Assembly: GCA_035297365.1 (NCBI GenBank)
Contig: DATGZA010000059.1
Coordinates: forward strand, 1 to 15,711
Origin: Nitrososphaeraceae archaeon
Lineage (GTDB): Archaea > Thermoproteota > Nitrososphaeria > Nitrososphaerales > Nitrososphaeraceae
Direction of reading: 5' to 3'
Length of the DNA: 15,711 nucleotides
The notes under the pieces are model-generated. The model did not search any database. It had not been told where the DNA came from and saw nothing but the letters and a program-made list of their open reading frames with translations. Shown here piece by piece: positions 6,427 through 15,711 of this stretch. The first letter of the stretch is position 1, and each line of letters begins with the position of its first letter. The position numbers and the translations under genes are program-made.

Positions 6427-7788
6427 TTATTCTCTAAGATAATCAGATAATTTTATGTTCTTTTCTCCTGGAATATGTGCAATTTCAAATCCTTCATTTG
6501 GCTTCAATAAACTAGCAGTAGCATCAATCCCAATCTTAGTTGTTAGTAAATTTTGTTGATCACTTGATGGATCGAGACTAGAGCCTTTCGCATTCTGTAT
6601 AATTAATAACCCTTTATCAGCTTGAAATCTAGTCGATATTGCATATTCCACCTCTGTTGGATTAGACGGATTAATATCATGATCAACTACAATTGCAATT
6701 TTTAGTGATGGGTGGGATGAAAAAGCTGTAATCAAAGCATTTTTTGGTTCTCCTTCTAATCTTTTCCTAATTTGTATGACTGCTGTTAACCAATTACAAC
6801 CACCATCAGTTAAACAGATCTGTAAAGTATTAGGAATTATATTTCTAACTTGATCAAATATCTTTGATTCTATAGGTAAACCCATCAATAGACGATGTTC
6901 CAAAAATCCTGGAAGAATATCGTGAAAGATAGCATTATCTCTAAACCGGATTTTCTCTACTTCAAAGACTGGTTGTTGTCTTTTAAAGTCATATGTTTTC
7001 AACATTTCTACCATCCATTCTTCATGAGTTTTATCTTTTAATATTCTACCTTCTAAAACTATTTCTGACGAAGCTGGAATCAAAAGGTGAGAGTAATTGT
7101 TCATAGCTAAGTGTAGATTACCATTTAGCAAAGTATTTGCTATGAACATTTCATCTATTCCATAAGATGCTTGATAAGCCGCAGCGATATTTACCGCCGG
7201 ATGAACTCCTATCACAATTGCTACTTTCAAATCTTCTCCATGTTCCTTTGCATTTATAAAACATTTATGTAAATGTCTACCTTCTACCATTCTTATTACC
7301 AAATGTTTATCATCTAATTTCAGCAATCTGTGTGTTGATGAATTCTGATTTCCATTTTCCTGATCCTTTGCATAAACTATCGATGAGGTAATATATGGTC
7401 CAGCATCTTTTTCAAAATGAGTAATTATTGGAAGAATTGATAGCTTTGTATTAGAGTTTTGATAATAAGGAACATCACTTGTTATTTTCGTTTTATTGTT
7501 TATTTTATTTATAGATTTATTAATGATATTATGAATCTCTTTTTCATTATTTACACCTAAAGCTAAAGCAAATCTCTTTCTTGTTCCAAGCAGATTACTA
7601 ATTACAGGAATTTTTTTCTCTTCTACATTTTCAAAGATTATGGCCTTCCCGCCATCAACCTTTGAAACTAATGCAGCTAATTCAAATCTCGTATTGACTT
7701 TTTTTCTTATTCGGATAATCTCCTTTTCTTTTTCAAGTATTTTGATAAAATCGTTAAGATCTATATTTTTTTTATTTTTTTTTACCAT
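6427..7788 (-). CDS. ubiD: UbiD-family prFMN-dependent decarboxylase, likely trans-anhydromevalonate 5-phosphate decarboxylase of the archaeal mevalonate pathway
   Basis: DAGPYITS, N.S.HRL, VIGVHPA, SEIVLEG, VVD.DI...NP..VEYAI.TRFQ, GSSLDPS and KIGIDAT are UbiD motifs. The specific substrate is inferred from archaeal context. Confidence 0.9.
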   Translation of the reverse strand: MVKKNKKNIDLNDFIKILEKEKEIIRIRKKVNTRFELAALVSKVDGGKAIIFENVEEKKIPVISNLLGTRKRFALALGVNNEKEIHNIINKSINKINNKTKITSDVPYYQNSNTKLSILPIITHFEKDAGPYITSSIVYAKDQENGNQNSSTHRLLKLDDKHLVIRMVEGRHLHKCFINAKEHGEDLKVAIVIGVHPAVNIAAAYQASYGIDEMFIANTLLNGNLHLAMNNYSHLLIPASSEIVLEGRILKDKTHEEWMVEMLKTYDFKRQQPVFEVEKIRFRDNAIFHDILPGFLEHRLLMGLPIESKIFDQVRNIIPNTLQICLTDGGCNWLTAVIQIRKRLEGEPKNALITAFSSHPSLKIAIVVDHDINPSNPTEVEYAISTRFQADKGLLIIQNAKGSSLDPSSDQQNLLTTKIGIDATASLLKPNEGFEIAHIPGEKNIKLSDYLRE

Positions 7789-8153
7789 TATTCTCCTACA
7801 TCTTCTTTTGTTCTTTCACTTACTATATTTAATATCTCTCCCGTAATTATTTTCATATCCTCAATATTTAATGGATTCTTGGTATGTAATGATACTAGAC
7901 ATATTCCATTTAACATCAATGATATTCTTTGAGCCATTGAATCAATAAACAACGAGTCAAACCTGCTAGGAATAATTTGTGATTTCATTACGTTATTTGC
8001 TAAACTTGATGCAATTGTCATCGAACCTATTCTGTGAGAATTTTCTGATAATATAATAAAACATCCATTATCAAAAAAAAGCATCTTTATATACATTTTT
8101 CTTTTTTCGTCTAATAAAATTGTGTTCGAAACTAATTTTTCTATATTTTTCAT
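7788..8153 (-). CDS. Hypothetical protein, proteasome assembly chaperone 4 (PAC4)-like
   Basis: F.NG.FI.LSE...RIGSM.I, IIPS...SLF...A.RIS....GI.LVS recalled as the thaumarchaeal PAC4-like family; stop overlaps the ubiD start (TAATG). Confidence 0.6.
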   Translation of the reverse strand: MKNIEKLVSNTILLDEKRKMYIKMLFFDNGCFIILSENSHRIGSMTIASSLANNVMKSQIIPSRFDSLFIDSMAQRISLMLNGICLVSLHTKNPLNIEDMKIITGEILNIVSERTKEDVGE

Positions 8154-8451
8154 TTAGATCTGCCTTATTATCCCCTTGTGGTATTGAAATTTTACTTTAA
8201 AAAATAATTAATTTGATTTTCATAGTATTTGATATATGTAAACATAATAAACTTTTTGCAGATACGATAATCACGAAACATCTGTTTTATCATTAATCTT
8301 TTTCTTATTGATAACCACTTTTTAAATGTTATTTAATTTTTAAAACATCTAAATAAGTTTCTTTTTGCTAATTTTTATTAATTTCTAAAGCTACAACCAT
8401 TTTTAATTACTTGATTTTTGAATTTTCGATATTAAATTTATGTTTTACTTT

Positions 8452-9126
8452 TTAATCTTTAACTGGCTTATTATGTTCTTTTTCTAAACTTTTTAATTTA
8501 GGATCAAAAATTTTACCATTACGGAACGCTATTAATCTTGCTGATGATTTATCTTTGATTATTCTTCTATTTCTCTCAGCATTCATGTGAGACGATGTTC
8601 CATGTTCATCAACTATTTCCACATCAACGAAATTAAATTTGGTTTTTATATGAATGGCAATGTTATTTGCCATTGATATGTTACCATCTCCTATTCTTAC
8701 AATTTTTCTCCTTGCAGTAATACCTGCCAAAATTTTGGAGATTAAGTCCAATACACATTCAATACAAGTTAATACAATACTTTCAATTTCATCATATAAA
8801 TAGAAAATTGAAATACCTATTCTCTTACCAGGATCTATCCCTATAATCAACTGGTCGTACATATAAGGTTTCATTAGATTTCTTAAAATTTTGGCTTTTA
8901 TAATGAGAGGATTTTCACTTAATTCTGAATCTATAATTATGTTCTTTTTCTTAAATATGGCTGATTCTTTTTGTGAAGTAATTATTATTTTTGTATTGGA
9001 ATTAATGGCTTCAAGTGGTGATAACTCTTTATAACTTAATCTAAGTGATTTTAAAAACTTGATAATTTTATAATATGATCTTCCGTCAAGAGTTGCAACA
9101 ACAATCTGATTATTCATTTCCCTCAT
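8452..9126 (-). CDS. RNase H-fold YqgF/RuvX-like nuclease domain protein with an N-terminal extension
   Basis: IIGIDPGKRIGIS, VRIGDG, VDEHGTS and D..SA..IA match YqgF-type catalytic motifs. Confidence 0.7.
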   Translation of the reverse strand: MREMNNQIVVATLDGRSYYKIIKFLKSLRLSYKELSPLEAINSNTKIIITSQKESAIFKKKNIIIDSELSENPLIIKAKILRNLMKPYMYDQLIIGIDPGKRIGISIFYLYDEIESIVLTCIECVLDLISKILAGITARRKIVRIGDGNISMANNIAIHIKTKFNFVDVEIVDEHGTSSHMNAERNRRIIKDKSSARLIAFRNGKIFDPKLKSLEKEHNKPVKD

Positions 9127-9259
9127 AAAGGGTTATTCATCATACTTTAATTGTATTAAATACTTAATAAAAGTTATTTAATTTATGATAGATTTTCCTG
9201 TAACTCTAATATATGTAAACATTTAATTAATTCATTTTTTTATAGCGTTCTTACTTACA

Positions 9260-11602
9260 TTGTCAGATTCTCGTGATCGTGAATCACGATCAGAACAGTT
9301 CCCATCAGAACCCCATCTAATCCGTTCTTTGAGTCTTCTTGATGTTATAATGGTTGGAATAGCTGCAATGATAGGCGGATCTATTTTCGTTCTAACAGGA
9401 TCTGCTATCGGATTAGCAGGGAGTGCAGTGATAATTGCTTTCATTGCTAACGCGATAATAACATTATTCACGGCTATGGCTTATGCAGAATTGGGTTCAG
9501 CTATGCCAGAAGCTGGAGGAGGATACCTCTGGGTTAGAGAAGGACTTCCGAGACCCAATGCCTTTATAAGTGGATGGATGGCTTGGTTTGCGCATATAGT
9601 TGCAGGAAGCCTATATGCTGTAAGCTTTGCTTCATTTGTTACAGGGTTATTAAGATCGTCTAATTATGAGATTTATTCTTTATTTGGATTTCTTCCAGTA
9701 GATAAATTAATAGCAGTATTATCTATTGTAGCTTTTATATATGTTAATATTAAGGGAACGTCTGAAACCGGCAAAGTCGGTGTTATAGTCACAATAGTTC
9801 AACTTTGTTTAATATTTGTATTTATAGGATTGGGTATCTGGATCATGTTTAACAATCCTGATTGGACAATTAATTTCGTTGACTTTGTGCCACTAGGGAT
9901 TACTGGTATCATTGCAGCTATGGGATTGACATTTATTGCATTTGAGGGGTATGAAGTCATAGTTCAAACTGGAGAAGAAGTAAAAAATCCAAAGAAAAAT
10001 ATTCCAAGGGCAATATTTATCTCATTAACTGCTGTAGTAGTCCTATACTGTCTTATTGCTTTTGTATCAATAGGATCTATATTTCCAGAAGGGATATCAT
10101 CATGGAAATTCATAGGTGATTATGGAGAACTAGGTATAATGAAAGCTGCCGAACTTATAATACCATACGGAGCATTTATTATTCTGGCAGGAGGAATGAT
10201 ATCTACATTAGCAGCTTTAAATGCGACAACTTTTTCCTCTGCTAGAGTAGCCTTTGCAATGGGACGCCATTATAATTTACCACATAAATTTAGTTCTATA
10301 CATAAAAAAAATAAGACGCCCTATATAGCAATTTTACTTTCAGGTATAATTATGGCCATTATGGCATATGCTTTCCCTTTGGATCAAATTGCAATTGCTG
10401 CTGGTGTAATTTTTCTCCTCTTATTTGTACAGGTTAATATGGCCGTAATCAATATACGTAGAATTTATGGAGATAAATTAAATTATGGCTTTAAGATGCC
10501 TTTTTTTCCATTTTTATCTATCATTGGAATAAGTCTTGACATTGGGTTAGCAATTTATTTATTAATTACTGCTCCGATGAGCTGGATCATAACGTTAATT
10601 TGGGTGGCGTTAGGATTTGGTGTCTATCGTTTATATACATTTAGAAAAGAAATAGATCATTACGCGCCTATAATTACTAGTGAAGGAGATCTAACTAGAA
10701 CTGATTTTAGAATTCTGATACCGTATACACCAGAAAACCCAGATCGATTAATACGTTATGCTATCAATATAGCCAAAGCCAATAATGGAGAAATAAATGT
10801 ATTAAGGACTATAACTGTTCCACACCAGACACCTCTTTCTGCAGGTGTAGCCTTCTCTGAACGAGCAAAGAAATCTTTTGAACCACTAGAAAAAATAATT
10901 GAAGAAGAAAATATAATGAATCATTACTTGGTAAGAATTTCGCATGATACAAATGAATCAATATTAGCTACAATACAAGAACAAAAAATTGATCTTATGA
11001 TAATTGATTATGAAACTCTACGAAGTAGTAAAAAACTTCAAGCTCTGGTGACATGTGATGTATTGGCTATTCAAACTACTGGTAATGATTATTTTCTATT
11101 AGACACTCAGAATATTGACAGAGACTCAAAAATCCAAAAAAAATATAATCTAGTAGTAATAGATGATCATAGACACGATTCGGACGTTATTTTCAAAACA
11201 ATCAGATGGTTAGAAATATCTAAATCTTTTAATATTAATATTTTATCATTACGAAATAAAAAAATCAACTTGGATACTGAAGAAGATCTTCATTTTATAA
11301 AGCCGAAAAAATTGGAATATCTAAACGATGTTAAATTTGAATCAAACGAGATCTATTTATCCGAAGAAGTGGAAGATAATGCAGAAAAATTATCTGATCT
11401 AATTTTATCAGCAATAAATGCCTCTCAACCGGATCTTATTATTACCAGTTCTGTAATTGGAAAATTTAATTTCTTTAATAATTCTCATCTCTTGGTTTTA
11501 CTTGATCAATTAAATTGTCCAGTGATCGTTACTAAAGATTTTACAATTCCTGTAGTTCATAGTGCAAAATTCTGGTTGGGAAAAATTTTTAATAGTAGAT
11601 GA
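9260..11602 (+). CDS. APC-family amino acid permease fused to C-terminal universal stress protein (USP) domains
   Basis: GIAAMIGGSIF, YAELGSAMPEAGGGY, FIAFEGYE, GEEVKNPKKNIPRAI, ARV.FAMGR and about 12 TM segments; C-terminal RILIP...VLR.I.VP.QTPL...DL.II USP-like region. Confidence 0.92.
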   Translation: MSDSRDRESRSEQFPSEPHLIRSLSLLDVIMVGIAAMIGGSIFVLTGSAIGLAGSAVIIAFIANAIITLFTAMAYAELGSAMPEAGGGYLWVREGLPRPNAFISGWMAWFAHIVAGSLYAVSFASFVTGLLRSSNYEIYSLFGFLPVDKLIAVLSIVAFIYVNIKGTSETGKVGVIVTIVQLCLIFVFIGLGIWIMFNNPDWTINFVDFVPLGITGIIAAMGLTFIAFEGYEVIVQTGEEVKNPKKNIPRAIFISLTAVVVLYCLIAFVSIGSIFPEGISSWKFIGDYGELGIMKAAELIIPYGAFIILAGGMISTLAALNATTFSSARVAFAMGRHYNLPHKFSSIHKKNKTPYIAILLSGIIMAIMAYAFPLDQIAIAAGVIFLLLFVQVNMAVINIRRIYGDKLNYGFKMPFFPFLSIIGISLDIGLAIYLLITAPMSWIITLIWVALGFGVYRLYTFRKEIDHYAPIITSEGDLTRTDFRILIPYTPENPDRLIRYAINIAKANNGEINVLRTITVPHQTPLSAGVAFSERAKKSFEPLEKIIEEENIMNHYLVRISHDTNESILATIQEQKIDLMIIDYETLRSSKKLQALVTCDVLAIQTTGNDYFLLDTQNIDRDSKIQKKYNLVVIDDHRHDSDVIFKTIRWLEISKSFNINILSLRNKKINLDTEEDLHFIKPKKLEYLNDVKFESNEIYLSEEVEDNAEKLSDLILSAINASQPDLIITSSVIGKFNFFNNSHLLVLLDQLNCPVIVTKDFTIPVVHSAKFWLGKIFNSR

Positions 11603-12128
11603 AAGTAGATAAAATTGTTTAATATCTAGATATGTTTATAGTAATTCACTTACGTTCTATGAATATAATAGATAAAATGATCATAAATAGAAATTACCCA
11701 AAGAAGGATGTACATTGATAGTATTATAAGATTCTCACGACTGACTAAAGAAGCAGATTTAATAACACTGATCTTGAATAAAATGCTGTTTTACACATAT
11801 ATAGATATGATAACTAATAAAAGATATATTGTTATTCTTTGAGACGACTTTCAAAGACATATACAAACACAATTACAAAATAAAATCAACCATCCTCCTT
11901 CTGAAATAATATATGTTAAAATCATTCGATTGATATATTGATTATCAAGGATACTTCTTTGTTTTGATATTATTTACATCTTTATTATTTAATTTTCATT
12001 CATTTTTAATTTTAGCGATGAAATCATGAAAAATTTCATTAATATAAATAGAAAATCTTTTTTGATAATATACTTTGAAACAACTTATATTTTTGTATGA
12101 TTAAATGGTAATAAGGTAATCTTGATGT

Positions 12129-13106
12129 ATGAAATCACATGAATCCTACGATGATAAATTTACATCTATCCTGAACGATGGTTTATTATGGATAGATGTT
12201 AGAAATCCAACAAGGGAAAAGATGTTTAATCTTGGTAGAAAGTACTCTTTTCATGAATTGAATATAGAAGACTGTCTTTCAAAAATTCAGATACCAAAAA
12301 TTGATAAATATGAGGATCATGTTTTTGTAACTTTGCATTTTCCTGCTGGAAGTAGTAATGGTAGTAAAATTCCTCGAATAAGTCAATTATCCATTTTCAT
12401 TGGTTCAAATTATCTTATAACTGTACATCAAGGGGATCTTAAGCCATTGGCTGAAATGTTTGATTTATGTAAAAAAGAACAAAATAAAGAATATAGACAG
12501 ATAATGATGGGAAGATCATCTGGTTATTTGTTACATACAATAATCGATGCCTTGGTAGATGACCTTTTCCATATTCTGATGAAAGTAATAGGAAATCTTG
12601 ATGACATTGAAGATGCAGTATATGACGAAAAGGCTGCAATTGCAAGAGAAATTTCCCTATTAAGAAGAGAAATTACAACCATGCGAAGAGTTCTGATACC
12701 ATTAAAGAGAATTATTGTAAGCTTGACACGAGACATTCAAAAGTTTTCTGAAGAAGATTTAACTCCATATTTTGATGATATAAAAGATCATATCGATAAA
12801 GTTCTTGATTCCTTAGAAGAATCCAAGGAAACCATAGAAATTTACAAAGATACGGATTTCATGTTGAGTACAGAAAAAACTAACAAGATAATTGCAATTC
12901 TCACTGTCATGTTTACACTCTCTATTCCAATTACCATAATAAGTACAATATATGGAATGAATATTTCTCTTCCAGGTTCGGACTTGAAATTTCTAGGATC
13001 TTACACTACGCTGATTATTTTGCTGATAATTTCGGTAGCTCTAACTATAACAATGTTTCTGTATTTCAGAACATTGGGTTGGATCGGCGGATTTAGTCGT
13101 CTCTGA
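12129..13106 (+). CDS. corA: CorA family magnesium/cobalt transporter
   Basis: WIDV.NP, H.L.IED, PKID.Y, YLITVH, YFDDI.DH and two C-terminal TMs with the YGMN signature. Confidence 0.95.
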   Translation: MKSHESYDDKFTSILNDGLLWIDVRNPTREKMFNLGRKYSFHELNIEDCLSKIQIPKIDKYEDHVFVTLHFPAGSSNGSKIPRISQLSIFIGSNYLITVHQGDLKPLAEMFDLCKKEQNKEYRQIMMGRSSGYLLHTIIDALVDDLFHILMKVIGNLDDIEDAVYDEKAAIAREISLLRREITTMRRVLIPLKRIIVSLTRDIQKFSEEDLTPYFDDIKDHIDKVLDSLEESKETIEIYKDTDFMLSTEKTNKIIAILTVMFTLSIPITIISTIYGMNISLPGSDLKFLGSYTTLIILLIISVALTITMFLYFRTLGWIGGFSRL

Positions 13107-13130
13107 TTTTTATCAATTGTTTGTTTTTAT

Positions 13131-14960
13131 ATGCTCCCTTCAGAATTACTAAGAATAAAAATTACCAATAAAGGTAAGAAGATCATGCCTCTTTTTTGTT
13201 CGATAGAAGATATCGCTATCGCTCAAAAATTAATAAATGAATTTCAAAAATCCTATGATAACAAACATACTAAAGCAATTGTAGAAAAAAACTTATCATC
13301 AATTGAATCAGAATATCGAGATTTCAAATTAATTCGAGGATTAGCTGTTCTTTTGGAGAGAAGAACAGTATTTTCTTTAAATAAAAATTTTCAAAATCCG
13401 GATTCAATTAACCGACAAGGACTTCTAGCTCAACCACAAAAAAGTTCTTTTACGTTGAGAAAAATATTATTTGAAGAATCCGCAAAAGAAGGCTTAGCTT
13501 TAGATTATGACAGAAGGTCCAAAATATTGGAGAGGGCAGCATCCAGATTAGGTATTTCACATAAATATCTTGAAAAAGCCATGTGGATTGATCGAGAAGA
13601 TAACCTTATTGTAGAATCTTTTAAAAAAATATCTCCAGATAAATTATTAGAATTGTATAATCTTTCTCTTTTACAAACATTATTTTTTAATTGTGTAAAT
13701 TTTGAATTTAGTATTCAGGGAGGAAAAGAATGGAAGTATGTATTGAGAAAAATCAAAAGATTTGGATTAATGTATAATTTAAAACTTGTTGAGCAAGCTT
13801 TAGAAAAAGGAAAACATAAATTTACTGATATATTAGATTCTAGTACTAACAACGATTTTATAGACGGGAATAAAATGGTACAAAATACAGCAGATAATTA
13901 CATATTGTGTTCTATAGATGGTCCGTTAAGTATTTTTAGGTTGACTAATAAATATGGAGTATTAATTGCTAAAATAATTCCTGAAATAATTTATTCCTGT
14001 AAATGGAATATTAAAGCATGGATCCTAAAAAATAATCCATCAAACCGAAAAATGTATGAATTTGAGCTTTCTTCCGATAAAAAATATTTTCATAAGGATT
14101 TGAGAGAGAAGGATATTGCTTTTCCTTTTGAATTCTCGAATGTATTTTCTGATTTTGATAGTGAAGTTGAAGAAAAATTTGCTCTGAACTTTAAACAATT
14201 ACGAACAGGCTGGGAGCTAATAAGAGAACCGGACCCCTTAGTTTTACCAAAAGGCAGAGCATTTATAGCGGATTTCATGTTTGAGAGATACGGCAAAAAA
14301 ATATATTTTGAAATCGTTGGTTATTGGACTCCAAATTATCTAGAACGAAAATTTAATAAGATTAATGAATTGCTGTCATCTTCAGAAGGAAAATATGATT
14401 TCTTAATTGCAATAAATGAAAATAATTTGGTTTCAAATGATGAAGACTCTAGAAAAATTTATTCAAATTCCTTTATCCGAGTGATAGATAAAGAGAAGCT
14501 TATTATTTATAAAAGAAATTCTATACCGATTAAACCAATTATTGATTATCTAAAATTAATGGATAAGATAATAACGAAGCAAAATACAGTTATATACCAA
14601 TCTGAAATCAGCGATTTTATAAATAATTTAATGAAACAAAACATTGAGATAATAAATCTTGGAGAAATATCTAAAAAATTCTGTATGTCACTTGAATCAA
14701 TAATTGATATTGTTTCAAATCCATCAGCTTGTTTACTAAAAGATAAATATTCATTGATAAATACTTTTTTTATATTAAATATTAAATTAGACGAAATAAA
14801 AAAACAGATCGCTGATATTAAGAAATTTGTCGAAGCACAAAAGATATTTCAAATGAATAAAATTCCTGATTCATGCCATATTGATTTGATCCAATATTTT
14901 GGATTCGAAATTCTTTGGACAGGTTTTAATCTATCTGATATTTTGTTGGAAAGAAAATAA
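13131..14960 (+). CDS. DUF790 family nuclease (Bax1-like, PD-(D/E)xK)
   Basis: MLPSELLR, KL.RGL..LLER, YNLSLLQTL.F, K.FGLMY, IDGPLSIF....KYG, FDS.VE.KF, W.L.REP.PL, FIADF, EIVGYWT..YL.RK are DUF790/Bax1 motifs. Confidence 0.9.
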   Translation: MLPSELLRIKITNKGKKIMPLFCSIEDIAIAQKLINEFQKSYDNKHTKAIVEKNLSSIESEYRDFKLIRGLAVLLERRTVFSLNKNFQNPDSINRQGLLAQPQKSSFTLRKILFEESAKEGLALDYDRRSKILERAASRLGISHKYLEKAMWIDREDNLIVESFKKISPDKLLELYNLSLLQTLFFNCVNFEFSIQGGKEWKYVLRKIKRFGLMYNLKLVEQALEKGKHKFTDILDSSTNNDFIDGNKMVQNTADNYILCSIDGPLSIFRLTNKYGVLIAKIIPEIIYSCKWNIKAWILKNNPSNRKMYEFELSSDKKYFHKDLREKDIAFPFEFSNVFSDFDSEVEEKFALNFKQLRTGWELIREPDPLVLPKGRAFIADFMFERYGKKIYFEIVGYWTPNYLERKFNKINELLSSSEGKYDFLIAINENNLVSNDEDSRKIYSNSFIRVIDKEKLIIYKRNSIPIKPIIDYLKLMDKIITKQNTVIYQSEISDFINNLMKQNIEIINLGEISKKFCMSLESIIDIVSNPSACLLKDKYSLINTFFILNIKLDEIKKQIADIKKFVEAQKIFQMNKIPDSCHIDLIQYFGFEILWTGFNLSDILLERK

Positions 14961-14985
14961 TTCATATTCTTTGATAAATTTCTCT

Positions 14986-15232
14986 TTATATTTGAAAGGG
15001 TCCAAACCATTGTACGCAATTTCCACAAAGATACGTAACTTGCTTGTTTATCTTTAAAGAATATTAATGCTTTAGATGTATTACGTAAACTGAAACAAAG
15101 AAAATATAGATAAAGAGAGTACATTACAATAAAAGTAAATGCTCTATTTCTTTCAAATAATCTAATTATTGTCATAGATTAGAAATAGAACAATATAGAT
15201 GTATAGATATTACTGCTTAACTTAACAAAGCT
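14986..15232 (-). mobile_element. Truncated IS6-family insertion sequence remnant (left end plus transposase N-terminus, frameshifted)
   Basis: FERNR...VMYSLYLYFLCFSLRNTSKAL..FKD...SYVSLW matches archaeal IS6 transposase N-termini (LYF.GLSLR..S..L...SHV.VW.W.Q.F). Removing one base from the A-run at 15020-15022 restores WNCVQWFGPFQI before TAA at 14986-14988. Candidate IR AGCTTTGTTAAGTTAAG at 15216-15232. No DDE domain remains. Confidence 0.8.
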
Positions 15233-15378
15233 CATAATTGTTCTATTTCTGACAAATTTCTTCATTTATTAGAATATTGTCCTTATCGCTCCTCCTTTAA
15301 ATTAATTGACAAAATCAAAATGCAAGTTCACTGAAATATTTAAATTAATGTTCTGCATAATAAAATAGATCGGATACT

Positions 15379-15705
15379 ATGAAAAATAGCCAAAACATAC
15401 GTTTGAATAATATTTGGTTACAAAATATTTCGGGAAATTGGAGAGATATAGAATGTCCATGTGGTAATTCTTTTCATTTTGATGGTCATGTTGAAAAATT
15501 ATTTGACTGGGAAAAAATTCACATAAGACATATGGCATCAGATTATGGTAATCACTCGATGATTTCTTTCTATCCAGATGATATGATTATTTTTTATCAT
15601 TCGAAAACTGGTTACGTAGTTGAGAGAAGAAGGCACAAATCCTATGAGTTGGATGAAATAAAGAATGCTTGGATTCACGGAAAAATAAAGGTAACGGGAG
15701 CTTAA
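15379..15705 (+). CDS. Hypothetical protein with a possible Zn-binding CxC...HxxH motif
   Basis: 108-aa ORF with ATG start; ECPCG.SF...W..IHIRH. Confidence 0.6.
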   Translation: MKNSQNIRLNNIWLQNISGNWRDIECPCGNSFHFDGHVEKLFDWEKIHIRHMASDYGNHSMISFYPDDMIIFYHSKTGYVVERRRHKSYELDEIKNAWIHGKIKVTGA

Positions 15706-15711
15706 TTTTAG

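Noticed and set aside
7640-7846. 68-aa plus-strand ORF
   Set aside because: Antisense shadow of ubiD and the PAC4-like gene; hydrophobicity comes from A-rich codons on the coding strand.
9232-9471. 79-aa minus-strand ORF
   Set aside because: Antisense shadow of the permease 5' end.
11603-12128. 526-bp intergenic region before corA as a Mg2+ riboswitch or small-ORF leader
   Set aside because: Very AT-rich; I found only a 7-bp dyad (TCTTTGA/TCAAAGA, 11836-11857) and a short Cys-rich minus-strand ORF; no recognisable M-box structure. An Rfam/Infernal scan would settle it.
12439-12736. Two minus-strand ORFs (68 and 70 aa)
   Set aside because: Both lie antisense inside corA.
14090-14296. 68-aa minus-strand ORF
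   Set aside because: Antisense shadow inside the DUF790 gene.
14849-15175. 108-aa ORF as an intact gene
   Set aside because: Only the first ~51 codons are in the transposase frame; the rest is out of frame and runs antisense into the DUF790 gene.
1-15711. CRISPR array, rRNA, att duplication of the tRNA 3' end, or intact integrase
   Set aside because: No regularly spaced repeats, no long GC-rich structural RNA besides the tRNA, and no second copy of the tRNA 3' end seen by eye.

Overview
Strongly AT-rich archaeal DNA. Gene content and the relic families present suggest an ammonia-oxidising Nitrososphaeraceae/Thaumarchaeota lineage (inference from recalled protein families, not a database search). 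Most of the window is housekeeping or conserved-hypothetical genes: O-methyltransferase, LEA_2-like protein, MJ1316/DUF504, DCC1-like thiol-disulfide protein, PMI-type cupin, LamG protein, UbiD decarboxylase, PAC4-like, YqgF-like, APC permease-USP fusion, CorA and DUF790/Bax1. The most notable feature is missed by the ORF track: a minus-strand tRNA-Gly(UCC) gene (2412-2529) with TWO introns. One is a canonical 37/38 intron with a strict bulge-helix-bulge; the other is a non-canonical 53/54 T-arm intron. It lies co-oriented downstream of an MJ1316 (predicted cyclic-phosphate RNA-end-binding) gene. Past its 3' end is a decayed accessory patch containing an HTH pseudogene. A frameshifted IS6-family remnant lies near the right end. 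I see no CRISPR array, rRNA or intact integrase.
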